Of a DNA stretch of 64,000 nucleotides, positions 9,051-18,168 are shown one piece after another. The stretch's first letter is position 1, and each line of letters opens with the position of its first letter. The notes beneath the pieces are model-generated. The model was not told where the DNA came from, searched no databases, and worked only from the letters and a program-made list of their open reading frames with translations. Both the position numbers and the translations under genes were made by a program. This DNA is from Acidobacteriota bacterium (GTDB lineage Bacteria > Acidobacteriota > UBA6911 > RPQK01 > JAJDTT01). The DNA is taken from positions 1,146,449-1,210,448 of the forward strand of contig CBDCMS010000004.1 in assembly GCA_965219005.1 (NCBI GenBank). Direction: 5' to 3'.

Positions 9051-10412
9051 TCACGCATAGCGCGCATTGCGATGCTCCGGGAGAAAGAACTCAGGCAGGA
9101 GGCGATCTACCTGCAGCAGCCCCTGTCGAGTGAGAAGGACCGATCCGTTGGAAACTCGGAGGTATCCGCCTTCCTGAAGCCGTCTCAAAGGTGTGCTGAA
9201 TCGTTCCAGAATATCCGACTGGAACTTGTCCTGGAAATAGGCTCTTGTGACTTGTCCCAGTTTCAGCTGAAGGATTAGCTCCCTGATCAGGCCTTCTTCC
9301 CGGGTCGGTGTGAACGCTCGATGGATGGGCAGTTCGCCCCGCTTGATTCTGGCCATGTAGGGGCCGATATCGTGTTCGTTCTGGAAATGGGTGCCGCCGA
9401 TGTGAGCGAAAGATGCAACACCCAGAGCGATCATGTCGGCTCCCGACCACAATTGATCGCGGTAAACAAATCGGCTCTTCGCTGGATCCTTGACCGCCGT
9501 GTAGGCACTGCTCACGTGATAGCCCGCCTTTTCCAGTTGGGAGAAGGCAAAGTCGACCCACCTTCGTTTGGTGGGCCAATCTGCGACCGGAGCAACTTCG
9601 TTACCCTCGTCCTTCATGTTCTTGTAGATAGTCGTGTTGTACGGGACCTCCATCTGATAGATGGTGAGGCTGTCGGGCTCCAGGGTAAGGCTTTTCTCAA
9701 CACAGTCTTGCCAGTTCTCTTCGGTCTCACCGACCATCCCCGCGATCAGATCGATGTTTATTTGAGGAAACCCCAGCGACCTGGCGAACTCATAGGCGCG
9801 CCAGATCTCCTTGGATCGGTGTGCCCGCCCGTTGATTTCCAGGATACGGTCATCGAAGTTTTCGACTCCGAGGCTGAGCCGGGTCACGCCCAGATCGCGG
9901 ATGACTTGCAGCTTGCTTTCCGTGAGGGTCCCGGGCTCACACTCGAAAGTGATCTCACTTGCCTGCTTCCAGGGCAGAATCGCGCTCAGCCGCTCGGTCA
10001 AAGAGCGCAGCTGGCGGGTGGAGAGATAGGAGGGAGTGCCCCCGCCGAAGTAGATAAAGTCCAGATCCCGGTCCCCGATGAAAGACCGCGATGCATACAA
10101 TTCCAATTCCCGTACCAGGACATCTAGATAATCTTGGATTTCGCTGGAGTTCTTACCGGTGTAGACGCGGAAATAGCAGAAATGACAGCGCCTCCGGCAG
10201 AAGGGAATGTGCAGGTACATCCCCAGCGCGGTGGCTGGATCAGGGGGCCGCTCCAGCGCGGAGAGAGCTTCGCCCACGCGGTCGGGACTCCAGAAGGAAA
10301 AGGGAGGGTAAGTGGCGATAAAGTAGTTGCTGGCCGTAGTTTCCTCGGATGAGGTCAAGCCTTGTGACTCAGTCGCATTCAGTTCCATGAGAGCTACCGA
10401 TACTCCGACCAT
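9051..10412 (-). CDS. Radical SAM enzyme, HemN/HemW-like (oxygen-independent coproporphyrinogen-III oxidase family)
   Basis: CRRRCHFC (Cx3Cx2C) cluster near the N-terminus, GGGTPS motif, and a HemN_C-like C-terminal domain. 453 aa. Confidence 0.85.
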   Translation of the reverse strand: MVGVSVALMELNATESQGLTSSEETTASNYFIATYPPFSFWSPDRVGEALSALERPPDPATALGMYLHIPFCRRRCHFCYFRVYTGKNSSEIQDYLDVLVRELELYASRSFIGDRDLDFIYFGGGTPSYLSTRQLRSLTERLSAILPWKQASEITFECEPGTLTESKLQVIRDLGVTRLSLGVENFDDRILEINGRAHRSKEIWRAYEFARSLGFPQINIDLIAGMVGETEENWQDCVEKSLTLEPDSLTIYQMEVPYNTTIYKNMKDEGNEVAPVADWPTKRRWVDFAFSQLEKAGYHVSSAYTAVKDPAKSRFVYRDQLWSGADMIALGVASFAHIGGTHFQNEHDIGPYMARIKRGELPIHRAFTPTREEGLIRELILQLKLGQVTRAYFQDKFQSDILERFSTPLRRLQEGGYLRVSNGSVLLTRQGLLQVDRLLPEFFLPEHRNARYA

Positions 10413-10573
10413 TCTAACAGCAAAGGCTGGGAAGCAAATCGAATGACGTAGACGGCTCCAATGGGCACGTCAAGTGGACTGTAATACTTGAAGCGACTGG
10501 ATTTCAGGCGAGCAGATTGACGGGTCGTAGGGGCCGACCTAGTGGCGGCCCCTACGAATGAACGACGCACCAG

Positions 10574-11770
10574 CTAAGCTGCGATGAGCCCGTGCGGATC
10601 GATTACGAACTTTGTAGCCGCACCCCGATCAAAATCCTGATAGCCCTGCACGGCTTCGTCCAGCGAAATGACTTGTACGTTCACCGCTTTGGCGATCTGG
10701 ATCTTGTCATGGAGGATGCAGTTCATTAGCTGTCGATGGTATCTCATGACCGGACATTGGCCAGTCGTGAAATGATGGGATTTGGCCCAGCCCAGGCCTA
10801 TCCGGATGCTGAGCATCCCAATCTTGGCATTGTCATCGACTGCCCCCGGATCACCCGTGACGTAGAGACCCGGAATGCCGATGCCGCCGCCGGCGCGGGT
10901 GAGCTCCATGACCGAATTCAGCACGGTCGCGGGGTGTTCCTCGCCGGTTTGGCTTCCATGTCCCCGAGCTTCAAAGCCCACGCAGTCCACCGCGGCATCC
11001 ACTTCCGGTTCCCCGAGAATCTGCTCAATCTGATCCGCAGCAGTGGCATCTTTCCTCAAATCGATGGTCTCACAGCCGAAACTTCGTGCCTGCTCCAATC
11101 GTTCGGGAATGAGATCACCCACGATGACACACGCCGCTCCCAACAGATGGCAAGAGGCAGCAGAGGCCAATCCCACCGGACCGGCGCCGGCGATATAGAC
11201 CAGCGAACCTGGGCCCACTCCCGCTGTGACGGCACCATGATAGCCCGTCGGGAAGATGTCCGACAGCAGCGTGAGGTCCGCTATCTTGGCCATGGCCACG
11301 TCCTTTTCGGGCAACTTCAACAGATTAAAGTCGGCATAGGGGCACATGACATACTCGGCCTGCCCTCCGACCCAGCCGCCCATGTCGACGTAGCCGTAAG
11401 CCGACCCTGGCCGGGCTGGATTGACGTTCAAACAGATGCCGGTTTTCCCTTCCTTGCAGCTGCGGCAGCGGCCGCACGCAATATTGAAAGGCACCGAAAC
11501 GATGTCGCCCACCTTGATGAATTCGACATCATGACCGGCCTCAATCACCTCCCCGGTGATTTCATGGCCAAGGATCAGCCCCGCAGGCGCTGTTGTCCGG
11601 CCTCGAACCATGTGCTGATCACTTCCGCAGATGTTGGTAGAGACGATCTTCAAGATCACCCCGTGCTCACAAGACCGATTGCCCAAAGCCAACGTGGGGT
11701 AATCGATACTCTGGATTTCCACCACCCCCGGCCTGATGTAAGCGACCCCTCTATTGGTTGCCATGACCAA
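10574..11770 (-). CDS. fdhA: Glutathione-independent formaldehyde dehydrogenase (Zn-dependent MDR family)
   Basis: Strong match to Pseudomonas FdhA throughout (HGVILKIVSTNICGSDQHMVRGRTTA, GHEITGEVIE, AGAGPVGL Rossmann fold). 398 aa. Confidence 0.85.
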   Translation of the reverse strand: MVMATNRGVAYIRPGVVEIQSIDYPTLALGNRSCEHGVILKIVSTNICGSDQHMVRGRTTAPAGLILGHEITGEVIEAGHDVEFIKVGDIVSVPFNIACGRCRSCKEGKTGICLNVNPARPGSAYGYVDMGGWVGGQAEYVMCPYADFNLLKLPEKDVAMAKIADLTLLSDIFPTGYHGAVTAGVGPGSLVYIAGAGPVGLASAASCHLLGAACVIVGDLIPERLEQARSFGCETIDLRKDATAADQIEQILGEPEVDAAVDCVGFEARGHGSQTGEEHPATVLNSVMELTRAGGGIGIPGLYVTGDPGAVDDNAKIGMLSIRIGLGWAKSHHFTTGQCPVMRYHRQLMNCILHDKIQIAKAVNVQVISLDEAVQGYQDFDRGAATKFVIDPHGLIAA

Positions 11771-11906
11771 ATCCTCCTTCTAAAAAAAACCGACCAAAAA
11801 TAGAAACGACGTTCCTGATATAGACCCCAGATCCGATTTCGCCTAGTGTCCTCATGATGAAACACCAAAGCCTATCAGCTCTGGAACTCTGAATCCACTA
11901 TCGGTT

Positions 11907-14900
11907 CTATTCTGCGCGCAGCGACGGAATCAGGGGAGACCTTACGGCAGCGGCGACAGCTGCCAGGGAGGCGATCAGTCCAGCTGCGAGCACCGCCAAC
12001 AGCATCAGCCCAGTGGAGGTGGGGGAGAAGCTCCCGGGGCGCATCAGTAGTGCCGGAGTGACCGCAACCAGGGCGCAGCCGGCTCCCACACCCAATCCGC
12101 AGCAAAGCAGCAACAGGTTCTCGGCCAGGACCGAAATTGAGAGGTGGGAGGATCGGTATCCCACTGTCCGCATCAGGGCCAGCTCCTTCTTTCGTTCCAA
12201 AACATTCCGGAGCAGGACGGCACCAAGCCCCAGCGTTCCCAGGAGGAGACCCAGTCCTCCGAGGGCCTGGAAGGTTGAGAGATAGGTGTTCTCGACGCGG
12301 TGAAAGCCCGCTAAACGTTGGCGGCTCGCGACCACGTCGAAGCCATAGTCCGAGAGTCCATCCTCAAGGGCTCGCGAGGCCTCGGCCACTCTGGTTTCAG
12401 GAAGATCCAGCAGAAAGAAACGATAGCCCTCCTGGTCCGGGAAAAGGCGCAGAAAGTTCTCCTCCGAGATCAGGAGCTCTCCCTGCAGGACACTATCCGA
12501 GAGAGCGGCGACCAGCTTCAACCTGACGGGTTGCCGCCCACCCGAATCGAGCACGATCTCGTCGCCCAGGCCGAGGTGCAGCACATAGGCCATCGAAGTG
12601 GAATCGGCAATCGCGGGAATGGCTCCATCGGACGTCACGGACTCGAGCAAGAGCCAGGGATTCTGGATCTCTTCAGCGGTCGCAGCGAGTGATGACTGAA
12701 AGGAAAAGCGACCCTGCTCGACGAAATCAGCCGGGGCCCCGAGGATTCTGGGGTTGCGGGGCCGGTAGAGGTTCAGACAACTGGCGTCGTCTCCGGGACG
12801 GAAGCGCAGGCGCGAAAACGTCACCTGCTCCAAGCTGGCAATCGCATCCTGGGAGAGGTTCAGGTCCTCCTTGCCGGTGAGTGTATTGGGATTGTGGTAG
12901 AGGGGAAGGGAGGACTCGGCCAGCAAAGCAAAGCCTCCAACTCCTGAATGTCGATCCAGAGAAAGTTCGCCTTCCCGCCGGAACACGTCCACCGATACGA
13001 TGATGAAGGTAGCCACGGCGATCAGGGCAATGCAGAGAATCGAGCGCGAGGGACGGTAGCTTGCGTTTCGAAAACCAAGCAAAGCCAATGCTCGCACGCC
13101 CTGGCCTCGGACGAACCCTCTCCGACTGGCGAAGAGCCCGACCCAGAGGTAGCCGAGCAGGGCCACCAGCAATAAGATCCCGGCGCCAAAGAAGCTTCCG
13201 ACTGTGGCCATCCACTGTTGCCAGGCCCCCAGTAGCAGCAGGATCCCCAGCCCGGAGCAAAGGTAGGACAACAATAGGACCCTACGTTTTCGGAGCTTGG
13301 ATGGTTCCGGCCGTTCCAGGCTGCCCGCGAGCAGGCGCGTAGGTGAGATCCGGGCCAGCGTGCGCAAGGTCCCGACAATACAGAACAGGGCGGCAAGAAT
13401 GCTCAGGAGGCCACCCAGAATCAGGGACATCGGCACCACGTGGAGAGTGAGGCGTGTCGTCCCTACCGCCTCCACCCACCAGCTGCGGAGTCCCAACATC
13501 ATGAGCCAACCGTAAGCCACCGCTCCCGCGAGTCCCAGGGTGCTTCCCAGAGTTGCCAAGAGGGAGCCTTCAGCCAGAAACAGGCGTCTGATTCGGGGGA
13601 GAGGAAGCCCCACGGTACGCAGCAGTCCGACTTCCCGGAGGCGCTGTTCCACTCCTAGTTTGAAAAAAAGAACGGTCAGGAGCAGAGCAGAGACGACCAG
13701 GAAAAAGCTGAAGTAGAGAAAGTATTCTCCAAAGTTGGTGGCACCTCGTGAAGCTTCCAGCCCCTGATTCCGGATGGGGACGTGGGTAAAGCCCAGCTGC
13801 CACGGGTCCAACGACTCTTTAAGGTTCTCTCGGTACTCGGTCCGGACTTGCCCCAGATCGGAGTCCTGTGCAGGAATCAGCCTCAGGGAGGTGTAGGATC
13901 CATAGCGAGATCGCCACAACTCCTGGCCCTGGTCGAGAGCAATGAACGCCTTCGGCGTGGCCCGAAACTCGTCCCAGTATTCCTCATCCTGGGGACGCAC
14001 CCGAGCCAGTTCGATGGGGAACGGTGGGTCCCAATCTGAAACGCTCGACGTGTCGCTGATTCCCTGATACTCCGGCACCAGATCGTGATCCGCTGTGGTT
14101 TTTGTCAAGGGGATGATGCCCGCTAGCTTGAAGGAGCCGGTACGGGTTTGGAGACCTTCCTGATTGTCCCAGATGAAGTAGTCCAGGGAGAGTCGATCCC
14201 CTACAGCGCTCCCCAGGTCCCGAGCGGCCCAGTCGTTCAGCCAGATGGGTGGAGGTGGGGAGACTTCATGCGTCTCGGCGTTTTGCAGCTGGTTCGATTC
14301 CAGATAGCTTTGCAGGTCCGTGGCAGTCACAACCGAATAGGGGATTTCCGCTTCCTCGGAGCGGATGGTGTTTACGACGTAGCTGAAGACGGGCAGGGCA
14401 CTCATCCCCAATCGGCCAGCGGCCTCGATTCCAGCCTTGGCCAGCGTTTCGGTGAGCAGACCGCCTTTGCTCTCGAGAGAGAGGCTGGCACGGCGCGTGA
14501 GGATGCGGATCTGAAGGCCGATGTCTGCGAGCGAGTAGGCCTGGCGCAGCAGCCGATTGGTCACCACGCGGGCATCGGATAGGGTGCTGCGGGCGCCTTC
14601 GGTGCGCGAGAGAAGGATGATGTTCACCCGAGCCTCCTGCTGCAGGTTTTCCTGTAAGTGACTCAGTGGGACGAATACGGATCGGATGGATCCGTGGCGT
14701 GGATATATAGAAAACTCCCCAAGCTGGTCTTCCTCCAAGATTTCCTCGCAGCTCAAGCGCATGGTATGTCCTGGCTCATCCCGCCTCCCGTGGAGGGTCT
14801 CGCCCGGAGTTTCGCCTGGAAGCTCAACCGTGATCAGGATGGCATCCCCGACTGCGCTTCCGAGTTCCTGGGCCAGCCCCCGATTGAGCAGGGCAGCGCG

Positions 14901-15296
14901 GGTCCCGAGTTGCTTTCCAGGTTTTCGGTGAAGGCTCCAGAAGCGATCGTCCACTCCGTAGATCTGGATACCAGTGGCGCGGCGGCCACTGTTCTGATCC
15001 ACCGCCAGACCCTCCAGCACGATCAGGGGACAGGCAGCCTGGAAGAGGTTCGTGAAGTCTGTCTGGGACCGAAGACTACTGGCCAGATCTTCGCCAAAGA
15101 AGTGGGGTGCGGAAATGACGTCATCGGCCTCTCCCAATTGGCTCAAGACCATGGCACGTAAGCTACCCCGCACCGAATCGCCCACCATCAGGGCCCCGGT
15201 CAGGACGGCGGCTGCCACGCCCACTCCCAGGGTTACGACCAGGTTGATGCGCCAGTAGTAGAGCAGGTTTTTCCGTAGAAGCTGGCGTAGTTCCAT
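11907..15296 (-). CDS. ABC transporter permease with two FtsX-like domains (MacB/LolE-type), 1129 aa
   Basis: N-terminal TM helix plus large periplasmic domains and two 4-TM FtsX-like bundles. Its start overlaps the stop of the ATPase gene (ATGA at 15296). Confidence 0.75.
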   Translation of the reverse strand: MELRQLLRKNLLYYWRINLVVTLGVGVAAAVLTGALMVGDSVRGSLRAMVLSQLGEADDVISAPHFFGEDLASSLRSQTDFTNLFQAACPLIVLEGLAVDQNSGRRATGIQIYGVDDRFWSLHRKPGKQLGTRAALLNRGLAQELGSAVGDAILITVELPGETPGETLHGRRDEPGHTMRLSCEEILEEDQLGEFSIYPRHGSIRSVFVPLSHLQENLQQEARVNIILLSRTEGARSTLSDARVVTNRLLRQAYSLADIGLQIRILTRRASLSLESKGGLLTETLAKAGIEAAGRLGMSALPVFSYVVNTIRSEEAEIPYSVVTATDLQSYLESNQLQNAETHEVSPPPPIWLNDWAARDLGSAVGDRLSLDYFIWDNQEGLQTRTGSFKLAGIIPLTKTTADHDLVPEYQGISDTSSVSDWDPPFPIELARVRPQDEEYWDEFRATPKAFIALDQGQELWRSRYGSYTSLRLIPAQDSDLGQVRTEYRENLKESLDPWQLGFTHVPIRNQGLEASRGATNFGEYFLYFSFFLVVSALLLTVLFFKLGVEQRLREVGLLRTVGLPLPRIRRLFLAEGSLLATLGSTLGLAGAVAYGWLMMLGLRSWWVEAVGTTRLTLHVVPMSLILGGLLSILAALFCIVGTLRTLARISPTRLLAGSLERPEPSKLRKRRVLLLSYLCSGLGILLLLGAWQQWMATVGSFFGAGILLLVALLGYLWVGLFASRRGFVRGQGVRALALLGFRNASYRPSRSILCIALIAVATFIIVSVDVFRREGELSLDRHSGVGGFALLAESSLPLYHNPNTLTGKEDLNLSQDAIASLEQVTFSRLRFRPGDDASCLNLYRPRNPRILGAPADFVEQGRFSFQSSLAATAEEIQNPWLLLESVTSDGAIPAIADSTSMAYVLHLGLGDEIVLDSGGRQPVRLKLVAALSDSVLQGELLISEENFLRLFPDQEGYRFFLLDLPETRVAEASRALEDGLSDYGFDVVASRQRLAGFHRVENTYLSTFQALGGLGLLLGTLGLGAVLLRNVLERKKELALMRTVGYRSSHLSISVLAENLLLLCCGLGVGAGCALVAVTPALLMRPGSFSPTSTGLMLLAVLAAGLIASLAAVAAAVRSPLIPSLRAE

Positions 15297-15973
15297 CAGT
15301 TTGGCAAAAGCTCGCCGCCCCTGAGTTGGAAGCGCTCTGGGAACCTTTTACCCAACTCAGCATTGTGGGTGACTACGATCAGCATGTTCTGCTGGCGGCG
15401 GTGAAGGTCGAAGAGAAGGTCGGCCACGATCTGGGCGGAATCACTGTCCAGATTGCCGGTAGGCTCATCACAGAGCAGCAGCAGGGGGTCATGGATCAGG
15501 GCTCGGGCCAGGGCGACGCGCTGTCGTTCTCCTCCGGACAGCTGGGCGGGGCGGTGATCTGTTCGGTCCGCGAGCCCAATCTGGCTCAGGAGGGTGCGCG
15601 CTCGATCTTCCCAACCGCCTTCGCTTCTGGGAGCCTGAGGGACCAAGGTCGGGATGAGGACGTTTTCCAGGACCGTACACTGCGGCAGGAGGCAGTGATC
15701 CTGGAAGACGAACCCGATCTGGCGATTCCTGAGGGCAGCCAGTTCCTTCTCTTCCATTTCGAACGGATTCTGGCCCTCCAGTAGGACCGTACCACCGGAA
15801 GGAGGCTCCAGCGCTCCAAGTATGTGAAGTAACGTGCTCTTGCCGCTGCCGGAAGGACCCATGATGGAGGCAGAGCTTCCGCGAGCCAGGGAAAGGGAAA
15901 TCCCGGAAAGGATCCGAAGGGGTCCGTGGGGAGTCGTATATTCTTTTTCCAGATTATCGGCCTGAAGAGCCAT
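15296..15973 (-). CDS. ABC transporter ATP-binding protein (LolD/MacB-type)
   Basis: Walker [10 protein letters not shown], signature LSGGERQR, Walker [13 protein letters not shown] and a Q-loop. Confidence 0.9.
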   Translation of the reverse strand: MALQADNLEKEYTTPHGPLRILSGISLSLARGSSASIMGPSGSGKSTLLHILGALEPPSGGTVLLEGQNPFEMEEKELAALRNRQIGFVFQDHCLLPQCTVLENVLIPTLVPQAPRSEGGWEDRARTLLSQIGLADRTDHRPAQLSGGERQRVALARALIHDPLLLLCDEPTGNLDSDSAQIVADLLFDLHRRQQNMLIVVTHNAELGKRFPERFQLRGGELLPN

Positions 15974-16045
15974 CAGCCTTCCTTTGAAGTGATCATAGGT
16001 TGTCCTGGCTTCCCGCCGGATTGATCCTATCTGATCAGTTCATCC

Positions 16046-16322
16046 CTTAGTACACTGGAACGTAAATACGGCAACGTTTGTGGCGAGCGCGACGGTGTCG
16101 AGGGCGCGAAGCGACGACGCAGCCATACCTTTGCGTATTGCAAGGAGGAGCGACACCATCGGCCCGTCCCGTCGCCACCCGGAGGGCAGATGGGGGTTGT
16201 GGACGATCTCTGCGTTGGTCGTCGTCGAAGATGGCCAAGCATCGTCTTCCTCCTCCTGCCTTGACCTCGCCTCACAAGCCCCATCTGCAAACGTTGCCGT
16301 ATTTACGTTCCAGTGTACTTAG
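16046..16322. mobile_element. MITE-like or inverton-like element (277 bp) with perfect 35-bp terminal inverted repeats CTTAGTACACTGGAACGTAAATACGGCAACGTTTG; copy 1
   Basis: TIRs lie at 16046-16080 and 16288-16322. A second copy at 48004-48293 has the same TIRs but its ~210-bp interior is the reverse complement, while the right-hand flank is directly repeated. Confidence 0.8.
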
Positions 16323-16435
16323 TCTGGATCATTCAGATTCTTCACGAACAAGGGCAAAAAGTCTTTCCTTCGATATTCTGCGGTTCAGCATTTCCACCGG
16401 TTGCGCCGGATCGTACAGGAAAGCAACTCCTCGAG

Positions 16436-16473
16436 CCATGGAAGCCTGAAGCGCGAGCGAGGGGTTGGGGACC
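16436..16473. repeat. Single arm of a GC-rich palindromic repeat (CCATGGAAGCCTGAAGCGCGAGCGAGGGGTTGGGGACC)
   Basis: The same sequence forms both arms of a ~90-bp perfect hairpin at 60522-60611. Confidence 0.6.
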
Positions 16474-16479
16474 TGCGAG

Positions 16480-16622
16480 ATTCTGCTGTTGTCCAGCTCT
16501 CTCCTCGAAACGTGGGGCTTACTGCTAACGAGTCAAGTCGTTCGCGGCTCTGTTGGCTGCAGCTGTTTCCGGTACTGTTCACTGATCACTTCACCACTGC
16601 TCACTATTCAAGTTTCAGCATA
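16480..16622 (+). repeat. Intergenic repeat family X, full-length copy
   Basis: About 140 bp and roughly 90% identical to 48352-48493. Its core is shared with 5811-5888 and 21563-21640. Confidence 0.75.
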
Positions 16623-17895
16623 GCGTCTCGTAGATCGCAAGCGTGCGCTCAGCCATCTGCTCCGCGCTATAGTGTTCTCGGATTGCCTGCCTTCCATTCT
16701 TGCTCAGTTTCTCTGCCAGGTCCGGGTCCTGTGCTATCGAAAGAATGCCTTCGACGATGCTGTCGGGGTTGTCCGGATCGACCAGAAGTCCGCCTCCGGT
16801 CTTCTCTATGATCTCCGGGTAGGCGCCGCGACGTGGCTGAACAACGGGAACTCCACTCGCCATCGCCTCCAGTAGATACATGCCCTTGGGCTCGCCATAC
16901 GAAGCCGGTACGGATAAGACGTCCAGGTTGCTGAGGAACTCGACCTTCTCGGCTCGGCTCAGGATTCCCCTGTAGCGGAACTGCTGTGCCAGGCCCCAGC
17001 CCTGGATCTGCCGCTCAACCTTTCTCAAGTAGGTTCTCTGAGCCGGGGCCAGATAGCCCGCAACCTCTAGTCGGGCGTCAGCTAGCTTACCCTGAGTCAA
17101 GGCTCTAAAGGCTTCACCCAGGAGATGCAGTCCCTTCTCGGGGACAATTCGGGCCAGGTAGCCGATGGTAAACGGGTCCGTCTTCGGTTTTCTGGATTCA
17201 TTGTAGTCGCGCCAGTGGATGCCCAGCGGGACCACATGGATCTTGTCAGTCGGAATGTTCAGGTAGTCGGACATGAAGTCGGCGTGATAGCGGCTCACGG
17301 CGATGAAGGCATCCACCGACCCGATGTTGGAACGGATCAGCTCCAAGGCTCGTTCCTGGAAACGCTGGGGAAGGCTCTGTAGGAACAGGTCCTCTCCCTG
17401 AAGGGTGCAGCAGATGGGACAGCCAGTCGCCTCCTTGAGCGAGGGAGCAAGGCCGAGAAAGAGGCTGTTCCCCAGGTTGACGATGTCAGGAGAGGGATGA
17501 GATCGAAGCCACTCGACCAGCTTTGCGAGCTCCTTGCGCTGAAGACCCTCTTCGCCTCGTAAAACCGAGACGGTGAGGTCCCCCAGGGCCTCCGGGTTGG
17601 TCTTCAGGGCCCATCTAGAGGCCAGATTGAGAGCTAGAGGGGAATCCCAGATTCGGTCCAGGAACCGGGGCGTGTGTCGAAACACAGAAAAGTGCTGTTG
17701 AAGGTAGACGTTGATACCGCCGAAGAAGATGGCGTCCTGGCTCACGTTGGGCTCGTCGGTGAGGGTGGGCGTATATAGCGGCAGCAGTTCCACCTCGTGA
17801 CCGCGCGACATTAATTCCGTTGCCAGTGCGTTGTCCCGGATGCACGCTCCGCAGTACATACCGCCGGCGCCTGCCGTGATGTAGGTGATCCTCAT
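16615..17895 (-). CDS. Glycosyltransferase family 4 (GT-B, glycosyl transferase group 1)
   Basis: 426 aa with a C-terminal GT4 domain containing the E..GL.LLEAMASG.PVV motif. Confidence 0.8.
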   Translation of the reverse strand: MRITYITAGAGGMYCGACIRDNALATELMSRGHEVELLPLYTPTLTDEPNVSQDAIFFGGINVYLQQHFSVFRHTPRFLDRIWDSPLALNLASRWALKTNPEALGDLTVSVLRGEEGLQRKELAKLVEWLRSHPSPDIVNLGNSLFLGLAPSLKEATGCPICCTLQGEDLFLQSLPQRFQERALELIRSNIGSVDAFIAVSRYHADFMSDYLNIPTDKIHVVPLGIHWRDYNESRKPKTDPFTIGYLARIVPEKGLHLLGEAFRALTQGKLADARLEVAGYLAPAQRTYLRKVERQIQGWGLAQQFRYRGILSRAEKVEFLSNLDVLSVPASYGEPKGMYLLEAMASGVPVVQPRRGAYPEIIEKTGGGLLVDPDNPDSIVEGILSIAQDPDLAEKLSKNGRQAIREHYSAEQMAERTLAIYETLC

Positions 17896-18168
17896 ACGGT
17901 GCCTATCTCGGTCGGACTTGAACCGGAAGCCAGCCCGCTATGTTTTTCTTACCACAACGACAGGACGAGCACGATATCTAATTGAGCTGAGACCTTTCCT
18001 CCCAGCCCGACGACACTCTTCGCGCTGCATCGCTGAACCCGGCTCTGGGCCCGTCAGCAGTTGGTTCGCATCTACAATTGTGCTAGGATTCGGTGTCTTT
18101 CCGACGCGACCATGCATTTTTTCTCGAATCCAGATCGGGCTTTTTTAGCTGCACGCGGGCAGTCCGGA

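Noticed and set aside
10531-10562. Perfect 11-bp-stem hairpin CGTAGGGGCCG...CGGCCCCTACG just downstream of fdhA, a possible intrinsic terminator
   Set aside because: There is no U-tract on the fdhA (minus) strand side. It may be a REP-like element or a Rho-dependent pause site, and I cannot call it a terminator with confidence.
16027-16290. 87-aa and 149-aa Arg-rich ORFs (MQMGLVRRGQGRRRK...) inside the two MITE/inverton-like elements, at 16027..16290 (-) and 48046..48495 (+)
   Set aside because: They lie entirely within a non-coding repeat, have low-complexity Arg/Pro/Ser composition typical of high-GC noise, and their reading frame is not conserved across the indels between the copies.
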